Shown here piece by piece: positions 29,786 through 39,073 of a stretch of DNA of 64,000 nucleotides. The stretch spans positions 532-64,531 of the forward strand of contig CAYFUG010000004.1 of NCBI GenBank assembly GCA_964346295.1, written 5' to 3'. Origin of the DNA: an uncultured Bdellovibrionales bacterium. Lineage in GTDB: Bacteria; Patescibacteriota; Minisyncoccia; Moranbacterales; DUUL01. Position 1 is the stretch's first letter. Every line of letters begins with the position of its first letter. Below the pieces are notes generated by a model. The model was not told the origin of the DNA, did not search any database, and was given only the letters and a program-made list of their open reading frames with translations. Both the position numbers and the translations under genes were made by a program.

Positions 29786-30072
29786 CGGCCGTTTTTCTGT
29801 CCCCCTTCAATTTGCTTTTGGCATTTAGGAGGGGGCAGCGCTGATTTCTGAGTAAGAGGGTTCAAGGAAGGCGGATTCACATTGTGCGTCCGCCTCCTTT
29901 TCTCAAATCTCAAGTTTAATTGAGGTTTGAGATGAAGGATTGCACCTTGAAAAATTTTCCCTATTTCTCCTTTCAATTGCCTTTTTTCACTTAGTGAAAA
30001 CAAATCCAACTTCGTTGATTGAAGTGAGGCAATTGACGATTTTCAACTGAAAAAAGGGAGAGGAGAAGGGGC

Positions 30073-30513
30073 ATGAAAATTCGAGTCAGGGATCCCAAAG
30101 AGGCGGCCGCCATTACCGGTGGCTGCACCTTTGAACCGGCTATCGGTTGGTGGACCTATACCGACCAGCCGGAAGAGCACGGAAGGCTGGGGCGGCTGTT
30201 TGAGGGGGAGCGGGATGCTTTATATATCCCCACACTCCAGAAAAATGGTCAGCCGGTGGCGGAAGAGGCCATTGCCCGCTTTAAGGTGCGAGCCAAGGAG
30301 TTGGGTTTTGGTGAAATCTCCGGAGCCTCCGGTATGTGGATTTTGTCCGACACGGGGGAGGCCCAGGTCGAGTACATCTGGATCTGTTGGGCTTCCCAAG
30401 TTTCGGATGAGACGCGGTCTCAGATGGCCGCGTTGGCAGAGGAAATCAAAGCCGCCACTAACCAGGACTGCGTGGCCTGGGAAAACGGCGGCCAGCTATT
30501 TTTCACGGGATAA
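30073..30513 (+). CDS. hypothetical protein, GC island 2 gene 2 (146 aa)
   Basis: RBS GGGAGAGGAGAAGGGG then ATG. Confidence 0.55.
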   Translation: MKIRVRDPKEAAAITGGCTFEPAIGWWTYTDQPEEHGRLGRLFEGERDALYIPTLQKNGQPVAEEAIARFKVRAKELGFGEISGASGMWILSDTGEAQVEYIWICWASQVSDETRSQMAALAEEIKAATNQDCVAWENGGQLFFTG

Positions 30514-30526
30514 GGAGGAGACACTT

Positions 30527-31306
30527 ATGAAACGGATTTTTGTTGTCCCTATCAACGATGGGGAGGCGGTAGAGATTAGGAATCTCCTACAGGATGGCGG
30601 TGAAGTGGTTGTGGAAAGCGTCCTCCGTTGGGGAGCCCGATGGGAGAAGCTGGAACCGGAGGTGGTGGCGGAGATCGAAAGGCTTCGCTCCCTTAATCCG
30701 GGAGTTCAGATCTACGGCGTGGAGCTGGCCGGCCCCAATCAGTGGGGGGCTCGCAACATCGACCACCACAAGTACCAGGATGAGGATCGGAGTAATTCCA
30801 AGTCCTCCCTGGAGCAAGTGGCGGAGTTGTTGGGCGTCCAGCTGACCCGGCACCAATTTTTGGTTTCGGAGAATGACAAGGGTTGGATCCCGGCGCTAAT
30901 AGCGGCCGGAGCCAGTCCCGACGAGATCGAACTGGTGCGGGCGCAGGATCGCCAGGCCCAGGGGGTTACCCCTGACGACGAAGCCCAGGCTCTTCGGGAT
31001 ATCGAGGCGGCCCAGTGGCAAGGTCGGAAGGTCTGGCTCCAGTGTCTCAAGGGGGCCACCTCGGCCCACACTGACCGGCTCTTTGGTCAGTTTGACGAAG
31101 CCCTGACGGTGGATGGGGTCAACGGAAAGTGGATCTATTTTGGTCCGCGATCCGAAGATTTCTTCGCCCTCACCGAAGGGGGCACCGAAGGGATACGCTG
31201 GAAAAGCCCTCGACCAGGGGGGTACTCCGGGGCGGAAAAGCCCCAGGAGGAGACCCAGGAAGCAATCCGGAATTTTTTTGGGAGTAATTCCCTTACCTCT
31301 TTTTAG
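30527..31306 (+). CDS. hypothetical protein, GC island 2 gene 3 (259 aa)
   Basis: RBS TAAGGAGGAG then ATG at 30527. The longer track ORF from 30119 has an R/P/W-rich N-terminal extension that overlaps gene 2 in another frame and is judged spurious. Confidence 0.55.
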   Translation: MKRIFVVPINDGEAVEIRNLLQDGGEVVVESVLRWGARWEKLEPEVVAEIERLRSLNPGVQIYGVELAGPNQWGARNIDHHKYQDEDRSNSKSSLEQVAELLGVQLTRHQFLVSENDKGWIPALIAAGASPDEIELVRAQDRQAQGVTPDDEAQALRDIEAAQWQGRKVWLQCLKGATSAHTDRLFGQFDEALTVDGVNGKWIYFGPRSEDFFALTEGGTEGIRWKSPRPGGYSGAEKPQEETQEAIRNFFGSNSLTSF

Positions 31307-31457
31307 CTAAGACGCACTAAGGAGAAGGACAAAATCAGCGTCGGGTTCAGATGGGCTGGCGAGAACCTCGTTAGCCCATCCTTTCCTAGTTCAGCACTAA
31401 AGTGGTGGTGGGCTAAGAAGGGATTAACGAAAAATCACCAAAAAAGGAGGCCCCAAA

Positions 31458-32003
31458 GTGTCTTTAACAAAAGAGCAATTCTCCAGATTAGCGAAGGTAG
31501 CGCTCCAGGTGGCAAAAGAGCGGGGCCAGAGCTTTTACGGGTGGGTTAATCCGCCTCAAATAGAGAGTGGAAAATTGACCCATGACTCCGGAAAAGGACC
31601 CCAGAAGATTTCTCCGGAAGAATCCCTGGCGATTTATAAGAGGAAGCTGGACGGGGTCTATGGGGAGAGATTCATTACCTCTTTGGGCACAATAGCTGCT
31701 TTGATAGCCAATGGCTATTCGGTGCGGCTGGTGCAGTTTTACAAGGAGGTAGGCCTGCCTTTTGACGCGGAGGGTTGGCTAGTGGTGATAATCGAAACCA
31801 TGCCAATTTTCCATGTTTCGCCGGGGGATCTGCGCCTGGAGCAGGTGGCGGATCTGGTTGAGGTGCTAGATGACAATCAAGCGCCCGATGTCTGCCACAA
31901 GGGCACCGACAAGCCGGGAGAGTTTGCGGCTCTTTTGCAGGGCTCTCTTTCTCCGGAGTTGGATTTGGTCAAGATTGCCCAGGAAAACAGTGGCAATTTT
32001 TGA
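31458..32003 (+). CDS. hypothetical protein, GC island 2 gene 4 (181 aa, GTG start)
   Basis: RBS AAAAAGGAGG, 7 nt, then GTG. Confidence 0.5.
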   Translation: MSLTKEQFSRLAKVALQVAKERGQSFYGWVNPPQIESGKLTHDSGKGPQKISPEESLAIYKRKLDGVYGERFITSLGTIAALIANGYSVRLVQFYKEVGLPFDAEGWLVVIIETMPIFHVSPGDLRLEQVADLVEVLDDNQAPDVCHKGTDKPGEFAALLQGSLSPELDLVKIAQENSGNF

Positions 32004-32104
32004 TTCTGTCTACTTTCGATTTTCGTTCATTTCCAATGGATCAGGTGTCATTGTGCATCTGATCCGGAATTCTGAGCTTAGCTCTATTAAGAGGTAGGTT
32101 CAGC

Positions 32105-32128
32105 GTTCTTTAAAAACTCAGAAATCAG
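32105..32128 (+). promoter_or_regulatory. second boxA-like motif, internal to the island 2 operon
   Basis: gttctttaaaaactcagaaatcag lies between gene 4 and gene 5, as a spacer boxA does in rrn operons. Confidence 0.5.
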
Positions 32129-32269
32129 GAAAATCCAACTTTCTATCTTTTCTCTTTGTCTTCTAAAAGTTGTTGGTTACCCGAGAGAATTTAATCTAGT
32201 TAATGAACTGAATTAGCCAGTTAAGTTTTTTTGGGCAACCAACAACCAAGGAAAGAGAAGGAGGAAGAC

Positions 32270-32518
32270 ATGAGATACCAAGGAGCGAGAGAATACAAGG
32301 GCCAGAGGGTGGAAATCCAGCTGCGGGCTGGGGGCAATAATCCCGGAAACGCCTCGGTAACGCTGGTTATCAAAATGGATGGCCAGGAGGTTTTTCGGAG
32401 AAGTGCCGGCCGAGACGGAATGGGCCAGGTGGAAGCCCTGGCCGTGGCTGAAGTGGCCAAGGTCCAAGAGTTGGGCGAAGAAATATATATCGTCCAGTTC
32501 AATGCCGAAGCTATCTAG
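32270..32518 (+). CDS. hypothetical protein, GC island 2 gene 5 (83 aa)
   Basis: RBS GAAGGAGGAAG then ATG at 32270. Confidence 0.5.
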   Translation: MRYQGAREYKGQRVEIQLRAGGNNPGNASVTLVIKMDGQEVFRRSAGRDGMGQVEALAVAEVAKVQELGEEIYIVQFNAEAI

Positions 32519-32704
32519 CCCTTACCTTAGAATTTTTTTGATTTCTAGGCCCTCTCCATCAGGCCTCCTGCGAAGTTAGCAGGTTTTAAAAATTTGGATG
32601 GTAGTCCGAGCGGCGGAAATGACTCAAAACTATCCGCAAAATTAGCCCTGACAATCAGGGCCGGCCGAGGCAAGCGCAATGCCGCTTTAGCCTAAGAGGC
32701 CACC

Positions 32705-32836
32705 AAAAGGCCCGAAAGAGTCTGGCCAACGCGCTAAATCTTTCGGAGGGACGAACTTGTTGAACACAACATTTTCGTCCCCTCTACTAGCAACTTAATT
32801 TGAGACTTGATCTTTTATTGAGTTGCTTGAGAGAAT
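32705..32836 (+). repeat. 132-bp direct repeat, copy 1
   Basis: Near-identical (2-3 mismatches) to 34004..34136. Contains a GGGACGAA-cttgttgaacacaacatt-TTCGTCCC hairpin. Confidence 0.85.
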
Positions 32837-32924
32837 CTATTTTGAAAGGCGAGTTCTTTGAAATATATCCAAAGCTTCATTGTAATCTTTGGGTACTTCA
32901 ACCAAACCAGAAAAGGGGGATGCC

Positions 32925-33971
32925 ATGGGTAAATTTCAGGAAATCACACTGGAATTATTGTTGGAAAATGAAGTTTTGAGGAAGTATCTTCTCAAGGCAA
33001 GAATTGGTCCAGCTAAAAAAGGCGACGGTGCTTTTGTGGGGACTTATGATATTGCCCCGAAGGAGTTTCGGAGTTTTGGAATTGTTTTGCCCAGGGGCGG
33101 GATGATTATTCCAGGGGCAGATCCTGTCAAGTTAAAGGAAATGGTCAAGGAGCCTGAGCGCCGGCGTGAGGCGGAGGACTTGGCAAATCGTCGTGCTGTT
33201 GAAAAAGATTATCTCAATCAGGTGAAAGAGATAATTGCTGAAGCTGGCCTCACGGATATTGAAGTGGTGGAAGAAGACGGAGTGGACTTCCATAGTATCG
33301 GCGCCACCAGCTGGCACAAGAGCTTTTTGGTAAGAGAAGGAGAGAAAATCTTCAGTCTTCACAGCGAAGAGGAGCCGTATCGTGGCTTAGATGACGATGG
33401 TTCGTACGAGCCGTGGAGGACGGAGTTTACTCCGTTGGAAGAGGTGAAATCCTTCCTTGAAGAGGAGGCGCGTCTTGTTGGTCCGAGAAAAATGTTTGCT
33501 GATCGGATCAGGCGGCTTATTGATATAAGCCACAATGTTGGTCAGCAAGGGCCAGATGAAACTGGCTGGGATCGCCCTCGAGTGGAATTATTTTTGTACG
33601 ATGACTATAAAAAAGGCAGGGACTGGGGTTTTTTCGGTCATCGTTGTCAGGGTATCTCTTCGGCCCACAGGATTTACTATCGAAAAAAACTCTATGAGAT
33701 TACCGAAGAAGGCATTTCTCGCCTTGAGTATGAAATCGGAGAAAGGGAGGAGGCGCTAGAAGCAAGACGAGCGATGCTCAAAAGACTCTTCGAAGAGAAG
33801 GGCAGAGTTTTTGAGGAACTCAAAGAAGAGAAAGATTGCTATGCCGGAAAGTCACTGGCAACCGGCAAGGCAAAGTACGATGAGTGGACTGAAACGCGCT
33901 ACTTTCTCGGCGACACAGAAGTTACCGAGGAAGAGCGTGATTGGCTGAAGGGCTTACCTAAGGATAATTAG
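32925..33971 (+). CDS. hypothetical protein (348 aa) bracketed by the 132-bp direct repeats
   Basis: RBS AAAAGGGGGA then ATG at 32925. Charged soluble protein with no recognisable motifs. Confidence 0.55.
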   Translation: MGKFQEITLELLLENEVLRKYLLKARIGPAKKGDGAFVGTYDIAPKEFRSFGIVLPRGGMIIPGADPVKLKEMVKEPERRREAEDLANRRAVEKDYLNQVKEIIAEAGLTDIEVVEEDGVDFHSIGATSWHKSFLVREGEKIFSLHSEEEPYRGLDDDGSYEPWRTEFTPLEEVKSFLEEEARLVGPRKMFADRIRRLIDISHNVGQQGPDETGWDRPRVELFLYDDYKKGRDWGFFGHRCQGISSAHRIYYRKKLYEITEEGISRLEYEIGEREEALEARRAMLKRLFEEKGRVFEELKEEKDCYAGKSLATGKAKYDEWTETRYFLGDTEVTEEERDWLKGLPKDN

Positions 33972-34003
33972 TGGATAAGGCCCTCAAGACTCTTCAAATT
34001 TTC

Positions 34004-34136
34004 AAAAGGCCCGAAAGAGCCTGGCCAACGCGCCAAATCTTTCGGAGGGACGAACTTGTTGAACACAACATTTTCGTCCCCTCTACTAGCAACTTAATTT
34101 GAGACTTGATCTTTTATTGAGTTGCTTGAGAGAATT
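34004..34136 (+). repeat. 132-bp direct repeat, copy 2
   Basis: See copy 1. Confidence 0.85.
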
Positions 34137-34169
34137 TTGATAGATCTTAGGAAAGTTAATAGATACAGC

Positions 34170-34205
34170 AAAAAAGCGCCGGTATTAGTCCCGGCGCTTT
34201 TTTAT
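34170..34205. terminator. bidirectional rho-independent terminator
   Basis: AAAAAA-GCGCCGG-tattagtc-CCGGCGC-TTTTTT. Confidence 0.75.
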
Positions 34206-34317
34206 TCTACTGCTTTTAGCTATTCAATTCCCCTAATCCCTCCTCCTTTGCTAAAGCTATGGTCGGCAGGCTTTTGTAAGGGGGTTGCTGAGCAGGGAAA
34301 GGCTAAGATCTCTTGAC

Positions 34318-34372
34318 TTCCTCCTTCGTCAAAACTTCGGAGGACAAGACGCTCGGGATGACAAAGAAAAAA
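34318..34372. repeat. dispersed repeat, A-type module copy
   Basis: tccttcgtcaaaacttcggaggacaagacgctcgggatgacaaag. Confidence 0.5.
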
Positions 34373-34373
34373 A

Positions 34374-36866
34374 CTACAATACGGCGCTGGCGGCAATCTT
34401 TTCATTTTTCTTAAGCCGCATAATGCGCACTCCTTGAGTAGCGCGATTAAGGACAGAAATCTTGTCAATGGGAGTGCGAATGATTTGTCCTCGGTTAGAG
34501 CTAACAATCAAATCCGCTTTTTCTTCTTGATCTTCTTGAGTGATGACATGAGCCGCTACCAAGGGGCCGGTTTTTTCCGTCACGAAAGCAGTTTTAATGC
34601 CGCTACCAGCGCGAGACTGAGTTTTGTAGCGCTTGAGGGGAGTTCGTTTGCCGTAGCCGTTTTCCATCAGCACTAGCAATTGATCTTCTTTTTTAGCACC
34701 CGCTTCTTCTTTTCTCTTGCGGATCACGCTCATACTGACAATTTCATCCTCCTTCTTAAGGCGGATAGCTTTGACACCAGCGGCAACTCGCCCCATGGGA
34801 CGAGCCTGACTTTCTTTAAAGCGAATTGATTGGCCCTGGTGAGTAGTCAAGATTAAGTCATCGGTGCCATCGGTGAGACCGACCCAACCCAAGGCGTCAT
34901 CTTCGTCCAAGCGAATAGCGATCATGCCTCCGCGACGCACATTCTCAAAATCCTTGAGGGCGGTTTTTTTGATTTTGCCCTTACGAGTTTGCATCACCAT
35001 GTATTGACACCGGGTATCTTTGGAGACAGCTAGGATGGAAGTTATCTTTTCATCTGGGGAGATTTGAATAAAATTGACAATTGCCTGACCTTTGGCGGTA
35101 CGGGAAGACGGGGGAATTTCGTAAGTTTTCAATTTAAAGACTTGGCCACCACTAGTGAAGAAAAACAGATCGTCGTGAGTCATAGTGGCGAGTACTTTGT
35201 CTACGGCGTCGCCTTCTTTAATATTGCCGCCGGCCACTCCTTGACCACCGCGTTTTTGGCTGCGCAAAATGGTGGGGGCGATGCGTTTAATGTAACCATC
35301 CTCAGTAAAGCTGATAATAGTCTCTTCGTTGGCTACCAAATCCTCTTGAGAAAATTCTCCGGCATTGGAATCGATAATTTTAGTGCGGCGTTCGTCGCCG
35401 TACTTCTTTTTGATCTCTAGGAGTTCCTCTTTGATGATACTCAAGATTTTTTGAGGGTCGGCTAGGATAGTTTCTAATTCTTCAATTAGTTTTAGCTTTT
35501 CCGCTAGCTCTTCCTCAATTTTTTGGCGCTCTAGACCGGCGAGGGTTTGCAAGCGCATCTCCAAAATTGCTTCGGCTTGCCGGTCGGAAAATTTGAATTT
35601 GGCCACTAAGTTCTCGTGAGCCTTTTCTTTGGTAGCGGATCCTCGAATAGTCTCAATTACCTCATTAATGTGATCCAGAGCTTTCTTGAGTCCTTCCAGA
35701 ATGTGAGCTCGCTCCTGGGCCTTCCTTAATTCAAATTCAGTACGGCGAGTAACTACCGTTTGGCGGTGAGCTACATAATATTCCAGCACCGACTTCAAGT
35801 TCAGCACTCGGGGCTCCAGGCCATCCACCAAGGCCAGCATATTCAAATGGAAAGTTTTTTGTAGCTCGGTCATAGAGTAGAGCTGGTTTAAAACTTTCTT
35901 GGGAAAAGTATCTTTTTTGAGCTCGACTACAATTCGGACACCATCCTTGTCAGATTCGTCTCGTAAGTCTTTAATGCCTTCAATTTTACCGGTCTTTACT
36001 AACTGGGCAATTTTTTGAATCAGAGTTGCTTTGTTAGTTTGGTAGGTAACTTCGCTTACTACAATTTGGAATTGACCGTTTTTAACTTCCACAATATCTG
36101 CCTGAGCCCTTGTAACCATGCCGCCTCGACCCGTGGAATAAGCGTTCAAAATGTCCTGGCGATTATAGAGAATGCCAGAGGTGGGAAAGTCGGGACCTTG
36201 AATGTATTTAACTAATTCTTCAATGGTGATATCGGGGTTTTCAATATAAGCAGTGATACCATCCACTAGCTCGCTCAGATTATGAGGAGGAATATTGGTA
36301 GCCATCCCAACCGCGATTCCTAGGGCGCCATTCAAAAGTAATTGAGGAAGTTTGGCGGGTAAGGTGGCTGGTTCTTTGCGAGTTCCGTCGTAGTTTTCTT
36401 TCCAATCCACAGTCTCTTTCTCAATATCAAAGAGCATTTCGTCGGAAATAGATTGAAGCTTAGCCTCGGTGTAACGCATGGCGGCTGGGTTGTCGCCGTC
36501 CATAGAACCAAAGTTTCCTTGGCCTTCTACTAGAGGGTAGCGCAAAGAGAAATCTTGAGCCATGCGAACCATGGCAATGTAAACAGAAGCGTCGCCGTGA
36601 GGATGATATTTACCCAATACCTCACCGACTACGGTGGCGCTTTTGCGGAATTTGGCACTAGAACGCAGACCCAGCTTCCACATGGCATATAAGATGCGGC
36701 GTTGCACCGGCTTGAGGCCATCCCGGACATCCGGCAGGGCGCGGGTAACAATTACGCTCATGGCATAAGAGAGATAGGATTCTTCCATTTCCGAGACAAT
36801 GGGGCGAGGTTGGACTTTTCCGATATTGCTAGTTTCGTTGGATTCGTTTTGGTTGTTGGGTTGCAT
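34374..36866 (-). CDS. gyrA: DNA gyrase subunit A
   Basis: N-terminus ...[33 protein letters not shown]... and the C-terminal beta-pinwheel repeats. Confidence 0.95.
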   Translation of the reverse strand: MQPNNQNESNETSNIGKVQPRPIVSEMEESYLSYAMSVIVTRALPDVRDGLKPVQRRILYAMWKLGLRSSAKFRKSATVVGEVLGKYHPHGDASVYIAMVRMAQDFSLRYPLVEGQGNFGSMDGDNPAAMRYTEAKLQSISDEMLFDIEKETVDWKENYDGTRKEPATLPAKLPQLLLNGALGIAVGMATNIPPHNLSELVDGITAYIENPDITIEELVKYIQGPDFPTSGILYNRQDILNAYSTGRGGMVTRAQADIVEVKNGQFQIVVSEVTYQTNKATLIQKIAQLVKTGKIEGIKDLRDESDKDGVRIVVELKKDTFPKKVLNQLYSMTELQKTFHLNMLALVDGLEPRVLNLKSVLEYYVAHRQTVVTRRTEFELRKAQERAHILEGLKKALDHINEVIETIRGSATKEKAHENLVAKFKFSDRQAEAILEMRLQTLAGLERQKIEEELAEKLKLIEELETILADPQKILSIIKEELLEIKKKYGDERRTKIIDSNAGEFSQEDLVANEETIISFTEDGYIKRIAPTILRSQKRGGQGVAGGNIKEGDAVDKVLATMTHDDLFFFTSGGQVFKLKTYEIPPSSRTAKGQAIVNFIQISPDEKITSILAVSKDTRCQYMVMQTRKGKIKKTALKDFENVRRGGMIAIRLDEDDALGWVGLTDGTDDLILTTHQGQSIRFKESQARPMGRVAAGVKAIRLKKEDEIVSMSVIRKRKEEAGAKKEDQLLVLMENGYGKRTPLKRYKTQSRAGSGIKTAFVTEKTGPLVAAHVITQEDQEEKADLIVSSNRGQIIRTPIDKISVLNRATQGVRIMRLKKNEKIAASAVL

Positions 36867-37204
36867 TGGGCTAGTTGTCTAGTTTTTAGTTTATGGTTGG
36901 TAGTTTTAGGCTGGATCTATTAGAGATGCAGAGTGAATCTATTATTGAGTTGTCTGATAATGTATATGTCTAGGAGCACAGATTTGTAAGTTACTATAAA
37001 AATTGGCAAAAAAGTCTGATACAAGGTCTGATATTAAGTGAAGTTAATTTAGTTTAATTTTAGTCTAAAAACACCAAAAAAATCTCCAGAATCAACTTTT
37101 AATTCTGGTGGCTAGCAGAGGCTTAATTACGGTAAGGTATTTTTTAAATTTATCAATTAAATCAATCTCTCCGAATTCTTTCTTAGAGGCAATTGATAAC
37201 TCAA

Positions 37205-37489
37205 TTAATCTTCTAGTTCAGTCAAATCAGATTGATTAGAGAATAAGTAAGTTTTCAATTCCTGAGCAAATTCTGAGTCGTTTTGCTCTAGCCAGCCAAT
37301 CAACATCGCAGCGTGCTCTTTTTCTTCCTGGGCGTTGTGTAGTAAGATTTTCCTAAGATTCTCATCCTGACAAGCGTCTGCTCGTTGTTGGTACCAATCT
37401 ACGGCTTCTAATTCTTCTTTGAGGGAGTCGATAGCTCTTTTGAGCTCCAAGGTTTTGGGAGAAACTTTGTTTCTCTCTTCGTGAAGCAT
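37205..37489 (-). CDS. small ferritin-like/rubrerythrin-like protein (EncFtn-like)
   Basis: 94 aa with paired E..H motifs: ELEAVDWYQQRAD and AQEEKEHAAML. Confidence 0.4.
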   Translation of the reverse strand: MLHEERNKVSPKTLELKRAIDSLKEELEAVDWYQQRADACQDENLRKILLHNAQEEKEHAAMLIGWLEQNDSEFAQELKTYLFSNQSDLTELED

Positions 37490-37559
37490 AGTATTGAGTT
37501 TAAGGTTTAGGTTAAATCTATTACAATCATAAAAAATTTAAAGGAAAAAGTAAAGCTAA

Positions 37560-38255
37560 TTAGCGATAAAGGTCTAATACTACTAACCAAATCAAAAGAG
37601 CTTCTCGGCTGTAGCGACGAGCGCGGGTGGTAAGCTTAGTCCACCAAGAGTAGTGGGAACGATCGATAGTGCCCAGGCTGTCGACGGCTAACCCTACACC
37701 TACTAGCCCTAATTTTTGACAATGGTAAATAATCCGGGGTAGATGGTAGTGTTGAGAGATAAAAACCACTTCTCTTTGAGAAGAGAATTTATCAATTTCT
37801 GATCGGCAAGTATCAGGGGTGCTAAGAGCCAGAGGATCCAACTCGATTTTATCTTTGGGAATCCCCGCATTTTCAAGTTCTCTGAACATTACTTGGGCCG
37901 CCCGGGGAGCGTTGGAGGCCACCAAGGAATCAGTTTTATTTTCTTCCCAGATAATTTTTCCTGCTGCTAAGCGCTCCTGGAGAATGGGGGAGGGTTTTTG
38001 ATCGGATCCAAGATTAGCTCCAAAAATTAGAGCAGCGTCTGACTTTTGGAGATCTTCAGGAGAGGTGAAAATTTGGTCTCTAGTAATTTGAAGAAGAATC
38101 AAGTAGGGTGACCAAAAAACAGCTAGAGCCAGGATGGCTAGAAGCAGAAACCAGAAAACCTTTTTTTTAAAGCTTCGTGGGGCAGGTTTCGTGGGGAAAT
38201 CTTTGAGGGAGGGACTCTCTGATTGAGAAAAGAGAGGTTGAGGCTTAGTATCCAT
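37560..38255 (-). CDS. DUF218 (SanA/YdcF/ElyC-like) membrane-anchored protein
   Basis: N-terminal TM segment. ISQHYHLPRIIYHC matches the DUF218 HxxR motif. Confidence 0.6.
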   Translation of the reverse strand: MDTKPQPLFSQSESPSLKDFPTKPAPRSFKKKVFWFLLLAILALAVFWSPYLILLQITRDQIFTSPEDLQKSDAALIFGANLGSDQKPSPILQERLAAGKIIWEENKTDSLVASNAPRAAQVMFRELENAGIPKDKIELDPLALSTPDTCRSEIDKFSSQREVVFISQHYHLPRIIYHCQKLGLVGVGLAVDSLGTIDRSHYSWWTKLTTRARRYSREALLIWLVVLDLYR

Positions 38256-38586
38256 GTTGAATTGTCATTAGGATGCCCAGGATAACAAATCCCCCTAAGG
38301 CACCAAAGAGGAATGATTCGGCGGGTGAAAGGACTTTATTGAAGTCATAGCCAACAATAATACAAAAGAAGATTAAAAGAAGCGTCATTCCTACAAAAAT
38401 TTGAAAAATGGGGACTGTTCTGTCGTCCATTTTAATAACAATAGGAAGGAAAATCAGGGCATTTAAAAAAGCTCCCACTAGCCAAAGAAAAGCTGAAAAA
38501 TTATCTTCTCCAGTGAGCTTTAGAGTTGCTATCATTAAACAAGCCAGAGGTGGCAATAAAAAAAATATTCTCATTGCTTTAAGCAA
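38245..38586 (-). CDS. hypothetical integral membrane protein (113 aa)
   Basis: Three or four hydrophobic helices. Overlaps the downstream gene start by 11 nt. Confidence 0.4.
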   Translation of the reverse strand: MLKAMRIFFLLPPLACLMIATLKLTGEDNFSAFLWLVGAFLNALIFLPIVIKMDDRTVPIFQIFVGMTLLLIFFCIIVGYDFNKVLSPAESFLFGALGGFVILGILMTIQHGY

Positions 38587-39073
38587 AATGGTTTAAAAAA
38601 GGATTTAAGTTACTTGACAATCAATTGAGAAAAAGATAACTTCTAACTTAATTGCTTTTTATTGAGTCCGCTAAGGCAGCGTAACATTTTTTAGGGAATA
38701 AATCTACCCCCTGAGTAAGGAGGACTGGACTTTCTTGGAAAATGTTGTTAATATTGTAGACATAATTTGTCAGACTTCCTTAGGAGGGTAAATTAATTCC
38801 TGTTTAATTTCTTTAATATGCCTTAAATAAGGGTAAATTTAAAAAAGAAATTTTAATTAGGAAATTGATTAAGAGTTTTAATTTTATGTTAATGATCTTA
38901 ATTTAATTTCTCAAAATTTAATTTCTCATCTCAAAAGGGATTAGTTTATTTTTCTGGAAAATCTGAAATTTAATCTACGACTTGAACTCTGCTTGCTGGC
39001 TAGACTTGCAAAATTTAGAGAAGCAGTTTATAATAAAGTTAGAAATGCAGGAGGGTCAAGTTTTAAAAGAGTT

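Noticed and set aside
29276-31310. Overlapping ORFs in GC island 2 (29276..29680-, 29640..29828+, 30119..30526 N-terminal extension, 30587..30856-, 30594..30845+, 30739..31071-, 31113..31310+)
   Set aside because: Same GC artefact. The 30119 ORF only becomes credible from the internal ATG at 30527, which is preceded by TAAGGAGG.
32040-32090. Cloning-vector polylinker remnant (TCCGGA, GAATTC, GAGCTT in TCCGGAATTCTGAGCTT)
   Set aside because: It is not an exact match to any polylinker I can recall. Restriction-site-like hexamers are common in short conserved motifs. It is kept only as a conserved flank.
32705-34136. Integrated mobile element with its own integrase between the 132-bp repeats
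   Set aside because: The only gene between the repeats lacks tyrosine- or serine-recombinase motifs (no R..HxxR..Y pattern).
34122-34507. Short ORFs 34122..34316+ and 34220..34507- near the gyrA terminus
   Set aside because: They overlap the direct repeat, the terminator hairpin and the 3' end of gyrA. They show no coding features.
36867-37204. Possible oriC/DnaA-box cluster upstream of gyrA
   Set aside because: Only isolated near-matches (AGTGGATAA at 5342 and 33969; none clustered upstream of gyrA). No dnaA or dnaN is in the window.
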